A stretch of DNA of 63,974 nucleotides, counting the filler, from an uncultured Myxococcia bacterium (GTDB lineage Bacteria > CAZTWC01): assembly GCA_964617105.1 (NCBI GenBank). It is 18 parts of 18 records of this genome, joined end to end, with 100 filler letters (N's around TTAATTAATTAA, not from the genome) between each part and the next. Parts side by side here need not be neighbours in the genome. Positions count along the whole stretch, not along the records: positions 62,128 to 63,974 come from CAZTWC010000464.1; 17 more parts are not named here. The stretch is one strand, 5' to 3'. A model generated the notes under the pieces. It had not been told where the DNA came from and ran no database searches. It saw nothing but the letters and a program-made list of their open reading frames with translations. Shown one piece after another: positions 62,028 through 63,974 of this stretch. The position numbers and the translations under genes were made by a program. How positions within the stretch are numbered: the stretch's first letter is position 1; every line of letters begins with the position of its first letter.

Positions 62028-62490
62028 NNNNNNNNNNNNNNNNNNNNNNNNNNNNNNNNNNNNNNNNNNNNTTAATTAATTAANNNNNNNNNNNNNNNNN
62101 NNNNNNNNNNNNNNNNNNNNNNNNNNNCTGATTGGCGAAAAGATTAAGTGGTGTTTTCGCACTGAGGACAAAGGTTTCGATGCAGAATCAAAATAATCAG
62201 GGGGCAAAGTCGCATTGAGGTATCTCGTTTTGACGCCGCAAGGTGATCCCTTTAGGGGCGGTCTCGTGCTCGTGCTGGTTGCTTGGTTTTCGTTTATCGT
62301 TTTCGTGATTCGTTGCCAGGTAGCGCCCACGATAAACTTAAAACGATAAACAATCAGCCGGGTCAAACGGTTTTCATAGCAAAAAAATAGGGACTACAAA
62401 GCAAAAACTCTGTAGCCCCTGGATGTGGAATGTGGTATAATTCCACATGGTTAGAAAAGGTAAAGGGCCTATTCTAACAAAGGATAAACT

Positions 62491-63831
62491 ATGAAAAAAA
62501 TACCAACAAAAGAGGAGAGAGTAAATAGATTTCTGGTAAAACTTACCAGAAAAAATGGATGGAACTTTTCCGACCTGACGGATAGCCGGAAAGAGGGTAA
62601 GGTAACACACAGTATTCACTCAATTATTTGGGCTTTGGAACTTGGGATGATGGCCAATATGCCAACATTGAGAGATATCGAAGATATGACCTCAGAGTTG
62701 GGTGGTTGGGCAAGACGTTTGGTTTCCGCAAAGATTTCCGATACTACGATTGATACTGAGGTGAGGCGGTTGGATCAAGAGGCTCTGTTGGCAAAGTTGG
62801 TGTCGCAGATCAGGGATATGAACCGGAGCAAGATATTAAAGCCTTATGGTTTGCCCTGTGGAGTGGCAACCATAGACGGTAAGAACCTGGCCACCCTGGA
62901 TCATTATGCCGATGGTCATGCTCATCGCCGAACCAAAGATAACAAAAAGTGGCACAAAAAAGGGACTACAAATACAGGAGAGCCTTACTGGTTAACTCCG
63001 GTATTGCGTAGCACCTTGACATCCAGTTTAGTAAAACCCTGCATTTATCAAATGGCCTTACCGCCAGGGACAGGAGAGAGCACCAATTTTAAGTCAATGA
63101 TAGATGCGCTGGAACAGTCTTACGGCAAGGGAAAAATGGTCGAGATTTATGATGGCGATGCTGCTTTTGCCAGTCTTGCTAATGCCGACTATTTAAATAA
63201 CCGTTACCAAAAGGCATATGTATTCGGCCTTAAGGGTAACCAGGGAGATCTGTTTAGCGAGGCCAATTACTTTTTGAATAAAAAGTCGAAAGAAGAACAG
63301 CCGGAAGCGCAGACTGAGTGGGAATCATATGGTGGAAAACGGATTCGTCGTTCTTTATGGCGTACAGATGAGATGCAGGGAATGGAGACCAGTGCTGGTT
63401 GTTGGAAACACTTGAGACAGACCTGGCTGGTGCGACAGGAGTCATTGAATCCGGAAACTGGCGAAGTAAAAGTGGAAGACCGGTTTTTTATTACCTCTCT
63501 TCTCAAAAACCGCCTTAGTCCTGAACAAATTCTTCTTCTGGTCCGCCGGCATTGGGCCATCGAGAATGACTGTTTTAACAGTCTTGATGTGCAGTGGAAA
63601 GAGGATAGCGGCAAATTGTGCACTCAAGGTCAGGCTGTTTGGGTGCTTGGAATATTGCGAATAATGGCCTACAACGTTGTCCAGTATTTTCGCAAACGCC
63701 GTTTACGGCGGAAAGACGATAAAGGAGGCTGGCTGTTACCCATGAGGTGGCGGCTTGTATTTAAAACGATTCTTAAAGTGGTAGAAGGAGATTATCTGCC
63801 GGAGTATATGTCTGATAAGGCTTTTATTTAA
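62491..63831 (+). mobile_element. ISAs1-family transposase (apparently intact)
   Basis: Motifs ATIDGK, GES, DAAF, FGLKGNQ, RFFITSL and VRRHWAIENDCFNSLDVQWKED. Element ends not identified. Confidence 0.85.
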
Positions 63832-63974
63832 CCCAGGCCCTTTACCTTTTTAGCCACAAGACATAGCCCGAACTCATTGTCTGCTTCCAGCGGAAAGGCT
63901 GTAGCCTCGCCGGTATGCACCTGGAGTTCGGTCAAAATTAGGGTAGTCGAAAAAAATGGCTTTTTCGGTGATGT

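Noticed and set aside
63832-63974. Terminal inverted repeats of the ISAs1 element
   Set aside because: No convincing matching pair found on both sides of the transposase within the window; boundaries left undefined.

Overview
This window is not contiguous DNA. It is 18 short contigs of a fragmented draft or metagenome-assembled genome, joined by 17 artificial 100-bp spacers (N...TTAATTAATTAA...N). The complete contigs fall steadily in length from 3758 to 3315 bp, so gene context is only meaningful inside each ~3.3-3.8 kb piece. Gene content suggests a deltaproteobacterial or Myxococcota-like organism: Ser/Thr kinases, an FHA-CpaF ATPase, PilY1, a Cys-rich lipoprotein, CcsA, NfnAB and TupABC. 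That placement is inference, and a mixed bin cannot be excluded. Housekeeping pieces include cdsA-uppS-yicC-rfaE, glnA, tupABC/moaA, nfnAB, a split transketolase and the AmmeMemoRadiSam genes. Accessory pieces include a type III-A CRISPR start (csx20-csx1-cas10), a myophage-type head-to-sheath cluster, IS66 and ISAs1 transposases, a large serine recombinase module and three toxin-antitoxin loci. The best leads are: (1) an operon with a coiled-coil/HEAT protein, two proteins sharing a GKT(V/T)GYT motif and a Na+/alanine symporter, which may be a magnetosome (mad-type) cluster fragment; (2) a helically phased CTCCGA repeat array abutting a truncated phosphatase gene; (3) an unidentified 44-bp element end found twice, once interrupting the IS66 transposase; (4) an AmmeMemoRadiSam locus with apparent export signals, split over two contigs. 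No rRNA, tRNA or CRISPR array was found.
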